DNA of 63,673 nucleotides, filler included, from Octopus bimaculoides (Eukaryota), in the NCBI RefSeq assembly GCF_001194135.2. It is 7 parts of 6 records of this genome, joined end to end, with 100 filler letters (N's around TTAATTAATTAA, not from the genome) between each part and the next. Parts side by side here need not be neighbours in the genome. Positions count along the whole stretch, not along the records: positions 44,174 to 53,843 come from NC_068987.1; positions 53,944 to 55,712 come from NC_068983.1; positions 55,813 to 63,673 come from NC_068999.1; 4 more parts are not named here. One strand, written 5' to 3'. Below the pieces are notes generated by a model that saw only the letters and a list, made by a program, of their open reading frames with translations, did not search any database and had not been told where the DNA came from. Every line of letters starts with the position of its first letter. The stretch's first letter is position 1. Positions 49,603 through 62,586 of this stretch are shown piece after piece. The translations under genes and the position numbers were made by a program.

Positions 49603-51109
49603 AAATGGAGCGTATAGTAGATTCATTTACACCAAACTCGCGGCTCACAGCTACGAAGCTTCCACCATCACGTATTTTCTTAATATTGTCTACCTCCTCT
49701 AGTTGAGAAAATGCTCGTCACCGTCACTTGTTAGGATCATCCTCTTTCGTATATTTTCTAATTACTAGTTGTACGATGATTGGGTACGAGTGTATAAATC
49801 CGCTTGAAAAATAGGCAACCTAGGTGCACGGTCAGGTAAATACAAATGATTGACAGTGTACTCTGTGCAGCTGAGCATTGCAGGTGGTTGTTGGAGTGTC
49901 TTTTTTCGGTACAAGCACACTCTTCGACTGATCGCCAACCCGTGTTATCACTGATCAATCTGTGATATACGTAACATGCTTCACATTTGAGCGCACCGTG
50001 TTATCCTGGATCCGTGATAATTGTATCTATGATAATGAATCCGTGATAAGTGAACGGTGCTAAATGAGGCTATACGTACTTCTTATTTGGGAGGTATTAC
50101 CATGAAGTTTAATGAATTTAATCTGCAACTTCAAAGAGCCAGTACCACATATATAAGTTGCAAAAATATTATTTCATTACTTTTAGGTTTAGATTTTCCC
50201 ATCTTAATATTCTGAAGACTAATTCCAGCAGACTGTAGAATGGACAGCAATTACAAATTATGTAACTCTAGAGGAGTTTGAAAACTTTATCAGTGACTTC
50301 TATAAGCGAATCCACTATATCTTTAAATGTAAATTCTATCGAGGCTGATGCAACATACTAGGAAAAACGATTCAGAGCTGAATCATAACGAAAAGCCAAA
50401 TCTGATTTCAACACTGGTGGATCGCCAGCTTTATGTGGAAGTCAAAAAAACTGTTGCATATTCGCTTATACCTTTCTTTATATCATATCTTGTAGAATCA
50501 GATTATGGAGCTATATAACTCTTATTATCACTAAACGGAGAATTATCTGAAAATCATTGACCTTTGCCTGCGTTTTTTTTTTTCTAAGAAAATATTATGA
50601 GATATGCAGCAGTTACGTTTTCCATATCAGACACGAGGATCTCACTCAATTAAAACTAATTTCGATTTATCTTATTGATTTATGCAGGATATGTGAGGTG
50701 AGTTTAAGTAATTTTATTGTTTTATGCTTGGTTTCTGATTTTTTTTTCCATTTGAAACATAAGTGGGCGGTACTAAAATGTTATTCTCACGTTGACTACC
50801 CAAGTGGGTGCCGAGTATTAAAAGCTTGGTGAGCACGCGGCAAGTGTAATACGTGTGCGCGCGCACGTGTGTATGTATGCGTATGCGTATGTGTGTGCAT
50901 GTGTGTGTGTATGTATGTGTGAGTGCGTGTGTATTTAACTATTTGCATTTATATATAAGAGCATGCTCATATGTAAATATATGCATATATATATATATAT
51001 ATATATACATCGAAGGCTAAATACGGGGACAAGCCCGATAGCCGACAAGTACCACGAGTACGTAAATAAATATGTATGTATGTGTGTGTGTGTGTATATA
51101 TACATACAT

Positions 51110-51172
<63 letters not shown>

Positions 51173-52949
51173 GTATGCATTTATGACTGCGCATGTATGT
51201 CTTATACATACATGCATCAGATACAACCTGAGAGCGTGCGCATGTGTGCATGTGTGAATGTGTTGCTTTCTATGTGTGTTTGCGTACGTGTACGCATGTA
51301 TGTATGTGCCCGTGTTACTTTTGTGCGTGCGCGCGTACGTGTCTGTTCGTGTGTGCGCATATTTGCATGTAAGCAGAGGCTAGTATCAGCCACTATTACT
51401 GGTCACAAATGACAAGAGACACAGTCGTTTATTTACCAGGCTTTCTATACACTCGCATTCGTTCGTGTCACCATTCTTTTATTCTTTTATTCTTTTATTC
51501 CAGCAGTCCTATTGCGATATACTTGCAACATTAGTGGGATAATAGCTTGCATATATTTTATCTTAAACGAACACAATTACATCTGTACAACTATCACCAT
51601 ACTATATCGCTTATAATTGTTGCATGTTTCACTGTTGCCAATAACAACTGTTGCTCTTTGCAGCCTAACATCTGCCGCTTCCTCACATATTGGTGCCAGC
51701 ATTATGCTTTCATGAGTTAAAGAGGCACTACCAGTTTCCATTACGATTCCTTGCGCAGGTGCATGAATAAAGACACTTAAGTGCTTTACTGCTACTATAA
51801 ATTTCGTTTGACTAGTCACAAGCCCAAATAGTTTTATGAATATTTGTGCGTCTGCGTGAAGCGGGGGGAGGGGTGCAATGCATAATATTTGTGTGTTTAT
51901 AGGTATAGATGTATGCGTATATATGTGCGCGTGAGTGTTTACACATACACAACATGCATATATATANNNNNNNNNNNNNNNNNNNNNNNNNNNNNNNNNN
52001 NNNNNNNNNNNNNNNNNNNNNNNNNNNNNNNNNNNNNNNNNNNNNNNNNNNNNNNNNNNNNNNNNNNNNNNNNNNNNNNNNNNNNNNNNNNNNNNNNNNN
52101 NNNNNNNNNNNNNNNNNNNNNNNNNNNNNNNNNNNNNNNNNNNNNNNNNNNNNNNNNNNNNNNNNNNNNNNNNNNNNNNNNNNNNNNNNNNNNNNNNNNN
52201 NNNNNNNNNNNNNNNNNNNNNNNNNNNNNNNNNNNNNNNNNNNNNNNNNNNNNNNNNNNNNNNNNNNNNNNNNNNNNNNNNNNNNNNNNNNNNNNNNNNN
52301 NNNNNNNNNNNNNNNNNNNNNNNNNNNNNNNNNNNNNNNNNNNNNNNNNNNNNNNNNNNNNNNNNNNNNNNNNNNNNNNNNNNNNNNNNNNNNNNNNNNN
52401 NNNNNNNNNNNNNNNNNNNNNNNNNNNNNNNNNNNNNNNNNNNNNNNNNNNNNNNNNNNNNNNNNNNNNNNNNNNNNNNNNNNNNNNNNNNNNNNNNNNN
52501 NNNNNNNNNNNNNNNNNNNNNNNNNNNNNNNNNNNNNNNNNNNNNNNNNNNNNNNNNNNNNNNNNNNNNNNNNNNNNNNNNNNNNNNNNNNNNNNNNNNN
52601 NNNNNNNNNNNNNNNNNNNNNNNNNNNNNNNNNNNNNNNNNNNNNNNNNNNNNNNNNNNNNNNNNNNNNNNNNNNNNNNNNNNNNNNNNNNNNNNNNNNN
52701 NNNNNNNNNNNNATATATATATATATATATAATGAAGAAAAGTGTTGTATACAGTCCTCAGGTACACTACAACAAATTGCTCAGGTGCACTATATACATA
52801 TATATAAACGCGTATATTTTCGTGAATGTGTATTTATGTATGTATGTATGTATGTATGTATGTATGTATAGTTATCATACGTACGTATAGTTATTTATAC
52901 ATACGTATACTTAATTGTTTCTGTATACACATATACGCATATGCATATT

Positions 52950-53070
52950 ATCTTTGGTCTTTTACTCATTTTGGTCAATAGATTGCGGCCATGCTGGGGT
53001 ATATCCTTCAAGGATTTAGTCGAAAAAAGCGATCCCAGTACTATTTTCTAAACCTGGTATTTATTCTATC
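52950..53070 (-). mobile_element. Decayed SINE family B 3' part
   Basis: TTGCGGCCATGCTGGGG...TTAGTCGA matches the family B tail. Confidence 0.6.
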
Positions 53071-53464
53071 CAAAACGTTAAAGACTTTTCCTTCTATTTT
53101 TCCTGTGCGTGAACCTAATACACTCTGTTTCATTTTTTACCTCCTCTTCCTGTTACTTATAGTTTTTGCACCGTATATGTGTGTGTTTGTGTGTTATCTT
53201 GGTAATAGGGAAATAATAGCTAAACCTCGCTGGATTTGAACCTGGAACGAAATGAATGAAACTAATGTTACAATATGTTTAGTGTGGTGCTGTGCCATTT
53301 CAGTTACATATTCTGCCATTCTAATGTCGTTGTTGTTCTTGTTGTTTATCTTCAGACCAGTCGCGATCGAGCAGACCTGGGACCAAATATTTTCCAACCG
53401 TAACTATCTTGTCTATTTTTTTCTCAAACATCTAAAACTACATTTTTTTAAATTTCTTTATTAC

Positions 53465-53636
53465 CCACAGGGAATCTAAACATAGAAGGGACAAACAAGG
53501 ACAGAGAAAGGAATTAAGTCGATTACATCGACTCCAGTGCGTTACCGGTACTTATTTAATCGATCCCGAAAAGATGAAAGGCAAAGTCGACCTCGGCGGA
53601 ATTTGAACTCAGAACGTAACGGCAGACGAAATACCA
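53465..53636 (-). mobile_element. SINE family A
   Basis: AAAGGCAAAGTCGACCTCGGCGGAATTTGAACTCAGAACG; the 3' end is partly repeated at 53650-53680. Confidence 0.88.
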
Positions 53637-54301
53637 ATTTCTTTATTTCCCACAGGGGGCCAAACATAGAATGGTACAAAGCAACTGATTGGGATCAGTA
53701 ATGCGAATGGTTTACATAAAATATGACTTTAAAAATTTTATAAAATATAAAAAATCGAATGATAATAACAGTACGTTAGACAACACAAATGAAGCGATGA
53801 TCAGGCCACGCTCCGACCCTACAAGCCCCGATCTATCGCTGGCNNNNNNNNNNNNNNNNNNNNNNNNNNNNNNNNNNNNNNNNNNNNTTAATTAATTAAN
53901 NNNNNNNNNNNNNNNNNNNNNNNNNNNNNNNNNNNNNNNNNNNAACTCCCTTTTTCATACACAGACATATACTCACATAGTTGAATCTTCCCACTACCAG
54001 TTTGCCATCACTCCTTCCTTCTTTATTCAACCATCACCCCTTCCTTTCTCATTCATATGTTGTGACAGAGAAAAACACAAAAGTATTATTATAGCAGAAG
54101 ATTATTTTCCTCGTATCTCTTCTCCTCCTTGTGCGCATGCGCAGCATCTTTGGTTACTATGGAAACAGAGTTTTTAACCTCGATGATTTATAAAATACCC
54201 GCTTCTTATTAGCTTAAATGCCTAAACCTCGCAAATCTTAAAGGCTAATAACTTTTTAATTATGGATTTATAGGAAAAATGAATTTAATATATAAAAAAT
54301 G

Positions 54302-54810
54302 TTAAGACATGAATGGCTTGTACGTGGACATAATATAAAAAAGCAGGTTCTGTCTGTGATCTTGGGGGAGGGGGCAAAAACGTAACCAGTATTTTGTCAT
54401 ATGTGGACATGATCTAAAAAGTTCAGTTCTTGAATTTAGACCTGTAGCGGGGTCTAAAGAACTTTTCCAGATGAGCCATCTTTCCATATCACAAAGACCG
54501 CACTTTCCACTGCCGTTGGTATGAGGTTTACACTTGGCCAATATCATCCAGTGAATCTTATAGCTGACGCTTTGTTCTTTTAAGGACCATATATAACTGG
54601 ATAATTTGGTTGTTTTTCTTTTATCCCAGTGTCTGATGCTAAAGTTGTGATTATTGAACCTAGCTTTAAAATTTCCCTCTGTGAGACCCACATATTTCTT
54701 TGACGAAACTGTATCCTTAGCGACCGTAGAATCTATGGTGGCTTCATAAAGGATGGTTTCGGTCATGCCAGCTCCATTTAGCGGGCAAAGTCTGTATCTC
54801 TGCAGGAACA
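54302..54810 (-). mobile_element. Penelope-like element fragment: Cys-rich linker and complete GIY-YIG endonuclease domain
   Basis: 154-aa ORF with ILYEA..YVGLTE..FKARFNNH..KLSSYIW..KCGLC..E..GLNSRTELFRSCPH, preceded across a 1-nt frameshift by CSCRDTD/CPLNG. Confidence 0.85.
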
Positions 54811-55024
54811 GCCGGCTTCATGTTGTTGTTTTTGTGTGTTGTGTGTAATTATATTCTAAAAATTTGTGGTTGAACTAAAACAAATTTTTAGGTTATGCCT
54901 ATTAAAGAGCTTCCTTATTTATAATTTACAGGAAAGTGCCTATGTATATACATACATATATATGTGTATATATATATATATATATTTACAAACACACACA
55001 CACACACTCACACACACACACACG

Positions 55025-55059
<35 letters not shown>

Positions 55060-55065
55060 TAGCCC

Positions 55066-55319
55066 CAGTTGGTCTCTGCCATTGTTTACCTGCGGACCCC
55101 TTTGATTGCTATTTAATTCTACTGGACCTCCAAAAATATTCAGTGTTTTAAAAAATCCTGTTGTATTTTTATGATTAAATATCATTAGAAATTCTATTAA
55201 AAATAGTTAAAATATTTTGTGAACAGTAGAAGTATAGATAATTTATTACACATAAATTTTAACAACAAAATCTTACATGTTCCCCCAAGGGTCATATGGA
55301 CCCCGGTTGAGAACCATAG
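55066..55319. mobile_element. Decayed hAT-like MITE
   Basis: Ends GGACCCCGGTTGAGAACCATAG; the left terminus is poorly preserved. Confidence 0.45.
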
Positions 55320-55812
55320 TATAATATTCCATTTGAACACAAGTTCACCATCTCAACAAACCAATTTGGAAGCCATAGTTTTCTAAAAATAGTTGTTATA
55401 TCTATTTTAATCACAGTCTAACAACTTAGACCACATTTGATGATGTAATAATAAATACAGGATCTCTGAATCAAAGATAAGAAATGGGTTTCTCAAGAAG
55501 AGAATACAAGTTGATCATAGATCCACCCGATCAGGGTTACCTTGTGAATACAATAAAAAAATGTCAACTTCTCTTTCACTCCTAGTTTTGATGATTTTTG
55601 CAAAAAAACATTATATCACAAGGATACTAGTAATTATCGAATTTTACAGATATTAGGAGGTAAGAAACTAACAATCTATCTATCTATCTGTTATATATAT
55701 ATATATATATATNNNNNNNNNNNNNNNNNNNNNNNNNNNNNNNNNNNNNNNNNNNNTTAATTAATTAANNNNNNNNNNNNNNNNNNNNNNNNNNNNNNNN
55801 NNNNNNNNNNNN

Positions 55813-56579
55813 CTTAAATCCTCGAGTATAGTCCGCCCTTGAGTATAATACGCAGGGGATTTTTAGGGGACTGTACCTCTGAAAAACCTGTATAATACGC
55901 ACCCCTTCTCTAACTTGAGTCTAGGAGGTCTTTATAACGTCCTTGGTTTGTAAACATATATATACGGTAACGTCCTTTATTATTGTATATATAACATAAT
56001 GCACATGTGTAGCTTTTTTGTGTACTTTGTTTGCAGAAAATAAAGAAATAACAGTAATAACGTCAGTGAAAAATAAATATTAAGTAAATTGCCTTTACAT
56101 ATTTATCACTATCAGTTACAAAAGCAAAAGCAAAAACATTTATTCAAATCCTTCAACTTCAACTTCACTTTCAGCATCAAATAACTGTTCCATTTGTTCC
56201 TCTGTAAACAAACACTTCCGTGTATGCGTAATACAATAATGGTGATGTTCTTAACTGTTATATGGGAATGTAAATATGTTTGCAAATTGTTTTTGTTACA
56301 TGTTATTCTGTGTTCTGAATACTTTTATTTTAATAAATGTTGCTTATTGCAAGTTATGGATGATTCTTTTATGACTTCATTGCTCTCAGGCTTGCTTAAG
56401 GTATTTTCGCACCCGACATCACAAAATGTGTCTGAATAAACATTGCCGGACAGCAAATAGAGACTCGGACATTGCTTAGAAAATATTTTTCACTTTTAAC
56501 CTCGTATATAGTACGCACTAGGGATTTTGACCTTTAAATTTCGGGAAAAAACTGCAGATTATACTCAAGGATTTACGGT
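55813..56579. mobile_element. pogo/Tigger-like MITE
   Basis: TIRs 55815-55836 and 56554-56575 match 19/22; the right end TTTACGGT runs into (TA)n and the left end abuts a join. Confidence 0.7.
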
Positions 56580-56659
56580 GTATATATATATATATATATA
56601 TTACATATTATATATATATATATTTATATAGATATTTATATATTTATATATTTATTTAT

Positions 56660-57727
56660 TTATTTATGCGTTTCAGCCAAGTGGCTGCGGTCGTGCTGGA
56701 GCACCACCATGACTTTCCCTCTTTATACTGTGCTCTCTGCACGTTCCTTGCATGGCTCTTCTCTGCCACCTGATGCAGTCCAATCAAGACTTTCGATGGC
56801 ACATCTGGTGTATAAGAGAATTTGACATCGCTGCTCTCAACTGTGTCTCATTTTGAGTCATTGGTTCGTCTGGTACCGTGGATAGGTAAGTGTCAAGTTT
56901 TGGTTTGAAGACCTCTACATCCATGTCTTGCAGGTCTCTCAATTGTTTTGGCAGGGCATTAAAGAGCTGAGGTCCTCTGAAATCGAGGCTGTTGCAATAC
57001 CTTGTTCTTATGTGAGATGCAGTGGACAGTACCATTGGTACTATGCAGTGGCGACCTGTACGGGCATTCATATAGTACTTGATGCCAAAGTTTGGTACCA
57101 GTCCTTCCAGTATTTTCCATATGTAAATTATTACATATCTCTCCTGCCTGCGTTCCAGGGAGTAGAGACTTAGTGCCTTTAGTCGCTCCCTGTAGTTCAT
57201 TTGCTGGACTGTGGTAATCTTTTTTGTATAGTGATGCTGAATTGCCTCAAGTTCTGCTGTCAGCTTGACACTATGTGGTGACCACAACTGAGAGCAATAG
57301 TCTAGGCGGCCCAAAACAAATGTTTTACATAGAGTTAACATGATTTTTTGGTCCCTTGTTCTGAATGTCCTCAGTATCCACCCTACCAGTTGTCTGCACT
57401 TTGCTGTCAACTTGACAATGTGCATGTGAAATGATGCATCACAACACATGCTGATGCCCAGGTCTCTCACTGTTTGTGGTTTTGGGATTGCAGTACCTCC
57501 AGGTCCTGTGTATGCCAGTTGGGGGGGGCACTTGTGACCTTGTAGCGCAGTACTTGAAATTTTTTAGCATTGAACCGTATATTATTTTGCTCTGCCCACT
57601 TATATATTGCATTTAGGTCATTCTGCAGGCTTATGGCATCATCAGGATTCTTTATTGCCTGAGATAGTTTTGTGCCATCAGCGTAGCTAGTGACAATGGG
57701 CATGTCCAGAAGGGCTAGTATGAACAT
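56660..57727 (-). mobile_element. 5'-truncated CR1/L2-group LINE (RT C-terminal half, 3' UTR, ATAA tail)
   Basis: SYADGTKL (decayed YADD), RDLGI, LDYCSQLWSP..LEAIQ..TKKI, YRERLKAL.LYSLERR, GPQLFNALP. Confidence 0.92.
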
Positions 57728-57957
57728 CTATGCACCAAATAGAAAAACAGAAACTTAGTTTATTGGTACATTATAAATTGCCCCAATTAATGCAGAAATC
57801 TTTCCTGATCAAGAGGTCTATTCATCAGACAAGTTATGGTCTGACATGGAACATGGAATAAAGAATTCAAATAAAGGCATTCTATTGTGAAAATTGCCTA
57901 GCAACAATGGGGTACTCAGCTAGTGTGTGTGTGTGTGTGTGAACGCATGCATATACT

Positions 57958-58034
<77 letters not shown>

Positions 58035-58159
58035 TATACACATATGATATATATTCCATGCCACTTCTCTTTCACTTCGACATATTATGAAACCAAAAGT
58101 AAATAAATAAAAACTTTTCACAAAAACTAACAAATGAATGACAAGGCTGAGGCCTATTC

Positions 58160-58385
58160 CGATTGATCGCCCGTGCAGTTCCAAATAAAGCCAATTTTTG
58201 CAATACACCAAAATTGTAGGGATTTCTATAATTTCCAGATGTTTCTTCAGGTTGGGTGGTAATGAACCCAATGCTCTGATGACAACAAGAACAACCTTTA
58301 AGTTTGACTCTCGCAGCTGCCACACCTTAGTGATCTCAATTCTCAGGTCTCCAGATTTATCAATATTTTCACTTTCTTTCATGAA
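58160..58385 (-). mobile_element. RLE LINE 3' fragment (same family as 19670-20060)
   Basis: DLRIEITKVWQLRESNLKVVLVVIRALGSLPPNLKKHL. Confidence 0.85.
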
Positions 58386-58529
58386 TTTAAATTGATCCAG
58401 GACCAACTCTATCTCTCATCCTTGTTGGGTCAATAAACGAAAGTATCTGGGATACATCAAGGTCAATATACCCAACTGTATCTTCCTCCAAGTTTCAGTC
58501 TTTGTACCTATATGAGTGACAATTATAAC

Positions 58530-58715
58530 GGTCGTAAATTAAATAGTGATATTTATTCTGGTTCTTTATGTTCCGAGTTCGAAGTCCACCCATATCAACT
58601 TTACTTTTTATCCTTCCATGCTCAATAAAATAAAGAACCAGTCAATTACTGGGATCGATTTAATTGACTAACCTCCTCCCACAAAATATCAGGCTTTGTG
58701 CTTATGTTAGAATCA
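58530..58715 (+). mobile_element. Strongly decayed SINE family A
   Basis: GTTCCGAGTTCGAAGTCC...TCCTTCC...ACTGGGATCGAT. Confidence 0.55.
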
Positions 58716-59269
58716 CTTATTTTTACTATTAAGAAAGAATCAAAAGTGATTTTGCAACTGAAGCAGCATAACCACAATGAAATTATTTTATCAAAATACT
58801 GAAACAATTTCAAAGTCTCTGCTCCGCATGATCTTCCCTGGTTGCTAACTGCAACTTTCTAAGTTTGTATTATGTTTCTGTTTTATGTTTTATGTATGCA
58901 ATTTCTAGTTATTGCATATACTATGTTATGCATGATGGTAGTCATTTATAGTCTAAGAAAGACAGTTCTGCAATTTCTTGCTGAGCAACCTGCACAAATG
59001 ATTTGTTTATAGTGATCAAATGTTTACGCTGTACATAAGCTTACTCTCTCCATGAAACTGATGTTGTCTGAACAGATGCACGTGTGCCACACATCAAGTG
59101 CAACATGAGTTGAAGTGTTTTATTCAACACCATGCACCACCTGGCCCAGGAATTGAAATCATGATCTTACAATCATGTTAAATCATAGTATCAAATATGC
59201 ACAGGCATGGCTATATAGCACAGCTATGCTTGTTTGTTTGTTTGTTTGTGTGAGTAAATTCATATTTCC

Positions 59270-59535
59270 CTCATGTTTGTTCACTTGTTATAAACAATTG
59301 GTTTGCCAATGGCATCATTTGTTTTCAGTTTTCCATGTAACCATGTCCAATTTATCTGTTGTTTGATAGACTGAGAGGTTATTACCTTGCTTGGAAACAA
59401 GTGGATTTTGTAACAGGAAGAGCATCTGACCACAGAAAAAAGTTTGCCTGATATACTCTTGCCTGACACATGCAAATATGGAAAAAATATACGTTAAAAT
59501 GATGATGAGGCCAATGATGATGATGATGACAGCAT
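59270..59535 (+). mobile_element. Decayed SINE-like repeat with an RTE-type (TGA)n tail
   Basis: AACAGGAAGAGCATCTGACC...ATGGAAAA..ACGTTAAAATGATGATGA. Confidence 0.45.
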
Positions 59536-59954
59536 GCACTATACTATATATATGCAGTTTCTGTTTAATAAGTTATATAGTTACTGCTATATACTATTAC
59601 ACCAGTCTAATTATTACATGTCATAACATTTATTAATTACTTCTGTCTTTATATAGTAAAGAAGTCACTGAATTGATTGATTGTAATAGTTAGAATGGAC
59701 TGTCAACTGACAGTTCAAATCCACTAAAGAAATTGATAATTATCACTTGAAACAGGACATTTAATTATTCAGGCATCAGGAATATCAACCTGGTCTTCAT
59801 AGCTAACTCTTAATCATTCAAGGAAATAAAATGCCATACATCTAATTTCTATTTTTCGGTTTTTATCAGTAAACTTATGCTGTACATTTTATGATTGTTA
59901 CTTTGATTTTTAACTAATAAACAGAAAATTTAAATGTATCTTTTACAGCTTATC

Positions 59955-60170
59955 ATTCACTTGTTACAGTCATTGGACTGGAGCCAATCTAGGACACTGC
60001 CTTGAAGGGTTTACTCAAACAAATCAACCCCAGGACTTATATATTTTTTTTATAAGTCTGGTATGTATTTTATTGGTCTCTTCTGCTGAACCAGTAAGTT
60101 ATAGAGATGTAAACAAATCCACACCAGTTGTCAAGCAATAGTGGGGGGGACAAACAATAAAGACAAACAC
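59955..60170 (-). mobile_element. Decayed SINE family B 3' half
   Basis: AATCAACCCCAGGACTTAT...CACCAGTTGTCAAGCAATAGTGGGGG. Confidence 0.75.
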
Positions 60171-60521
60171 TTTACACACACACACACACACACACACAGA
60201 TACAGGCATATTCTTTTATTCTTTTACTGGTTTCAGTCATTGAATTGTGGCCATATTGTGGCACCACATTCAAAGAGTCCATACTGGCTCCAATATATAT
60301 TCCTGTGTGGTACTTATTTGATCAATCTCTTTATGGATTGAATAGTTAACTTTCTGATATAAAGTTGCACACATACATATGTGTGTGTGTATTTCATATA
60401 TAGTAATATGGATAAAACAAATGGCTGTTTTAAGTATTTTATATACATATATCATCAGTGGATCATATATCCAAAAAAGGAGCACACTCCAAAGGTTAGA
60501 GCAGTAATGTGTTGATACGAA

Positions 60522-60693
60522 GTTAAATATGTGTCAGGTTATAGAGTGACCAATGGTTTCACATCCATAAAGTGCTTAGCTTTATAGACAACTCAAAAGA
60601 CTCCAATGGCCAAGTCTGATGAGTCATCTGTAAAGGTAAGTGCTTTATGGATGCAAAACCATTGGTCATTCTATAACCAGACATATATTTAAC
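60522..60693. ncRNA. Divergent inverted pair of decayed hammerhead motifs (81-bp arms)
   Basis: 60522-60602 vs 60613-60693 is 68/81 reverse-complementary. The right arm keeps CTGATGA (60616-22) but has AAAAC; the left arm (minus) keeps GAAAC-CATTG-GTC but has CTTTTGA. Confidence 0.65.
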
Positions 60694-60702
60694 AGCATGT
60701 AG

Positions 60703-60734
<32 letters not shown>

Positions 60735-60739
60735 ATATA

Positions 60740-61113
60740 TTCTTTTATTCTTTTACCTGTTTCAATTATTTGACTTCAGCCATGCTGGAGCACTACCTTT
60801 AGTCAAACAAATCAACCCCAGGACTTATTCTTTGTAGGCCTAGTATTTATTCCATCAGTCTCTTATGCCGAACTGCTAAGCTACAGGGACTTAAACACAC
60901 CAACATTGTAGGGGACAAACACAGACACACAAATATATACATATATATATANNNNNNNNNNTTCAGTTTCCGTCTACTAAATGCACTCACAAAACTTTGG
61001 TCGGCCCAAGGCTATAGTAGAAGACACTTGCCCAAATTGCCACGCAGTGGGACTGAACAAGGAACCATGTGGTTGGGAAGCAAGCTTCTTACTACACAGC
61101 CACACCTGCGCCT
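60740..61113 (-). mobile_element. SINE family B
   Basis: Tail, core AGAAGACACTTGCCCAA and head CACACAGCCACACCTGCGCCT are all present. Confidence 0.9.
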
Positions 61114-61167
61114 ATAAGAAAACATTCCAATGCCAAGAATCAAACCCAGGCTGCCTGCATATACATA

Positions 61168-62384
61168 CAAGGGGTACCCAAAAGAAACCAAAATTTTACT
61201 ATATTTTATTCACTTACTTTTATGTTTACACTTTTATCACCTTTAAAGCATTCTCCATTTGAAGCAATGCATCGGTCCAGATGCATTTTCCTGTTTGAAG
61301 CAATTCTGGAACTCTTGCAAAGTGATACCTTTTAACGCCTCCATTGTTTTTTACTTCACCTCTCCCACATCTGCAAAACATTTTCCTTTAAGGGCTTTTT
61401 TATGCAGGGGAACAAAAAATAGTTGCAGGGAGCAAGATCGGGTGAATAGGGAAGGTAGGTAAGTGGGGTCGTGCCATTTTTGGTCAAAAACTGTCTCACA
61501 CTCAAAGCGCTGTGTGCAGGCGCAGTGTCACGATGAAACTATCACTCTTCACTTTGCCACAACTCAGGGAGTTTTCATCTCACTGCATCTCACAAATACT
61601 TCAGAGCTGCCAAGTAAAATGTCAGGTTATCAGTTTGACGAGGAGGAACAAATTCTGTGTGGACAATTCCTTTCACATCAATGAAACAAATCAGCATTGT
61701 CTTGATTTTGGACTTCACTTGATGCGTTTTTGGGGACATGGTAACATTGAATACTTCCATTGACTTGCTTGCTGCTTCGTTTCTGGGTTACACCATTGCA
61801 CCAGCTTTCATCACCAGTGATGACCTTCGAAAAAAGGTCCAGATCAACTTCCAACTGTTCTTTCAGTTCACAACATGCATTCAGTCATGACTGCTTTTGA
61901 TCTTCCATGAGCAAGCAAGGTATAAATTTTGCTGCTAATCTTTTCCTTCGTGATACTTCACTCAAAATTCTTTTTGTGATGTTTTTCATTTGTTCAGGAG
62001 GTTGACAGTCACCCTGAACAAGATTTGTCTTCAAGTAACAAGTGGCCATTCCTCAAGCATGAAAACAACTCGTAAACTTGTGTTTTGCACATGACAGCAT
62101 CCTTGAAAGTTGTTTGAAGCATGACAATTGTTTCAGCTGCTGTTTTCCCCAGCAGAAAGCAGAATTTCACAGAAGCACATCGTTCCTTTGTTTCAGCTAT
62201 CACAAAAATCAAGACGCAAGGAAGAAGCACTGTAAAAGAGTGACGTAGTACGTGGCAGTACGACTTCAATTGCCACTGCTGGTCAGGATACTGATGCCTG
62301 TGGGTCACATTGAGTGGTTTCTAGCAGTGGAAGTCTGAACTACTACTGGCTTGCCTCACAGAGGTACTTTTAGGTACCCACTCA
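61168..62384 (-). mobile_element. Near full-length decayed mariner transposon
   Basis: TA-flanked imperfect TIRs (GGGGTACCCAAAAG / CTTTTAGGTACCCA); transposase N-terminus ASVKFCFLLGKTAAETIVML...KTQVYELFS...EDKSCSG. Confidence 0.85.
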
Positions 62385-62394
62385 TATATGTGTA

Positions 62395-62434
<40 letters not shown>

Positions 62435-62586
62435 NNNNNNNNNNTAAGTTGATACATATATATATGTATATATGTATAGCAAATTATATAGGTAATACTT
62501 GATAATTGCAAGCACCTGTATATGCCAGATAGTGGCCAAGGTGAAATAATAAATTAAAAACGTAAAATTAAAACAGAACACAAAGG

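Noticed and set aside
50212-50290. CTGAAGA...GAAAAC as a hammerhead
   Set aside because: No stem II or stem I pairing.
57882-58406. 174-aa ORF as a gene
   Set aside because: It is a read-through of an RLE fragment into unique sequence and (TA)n.
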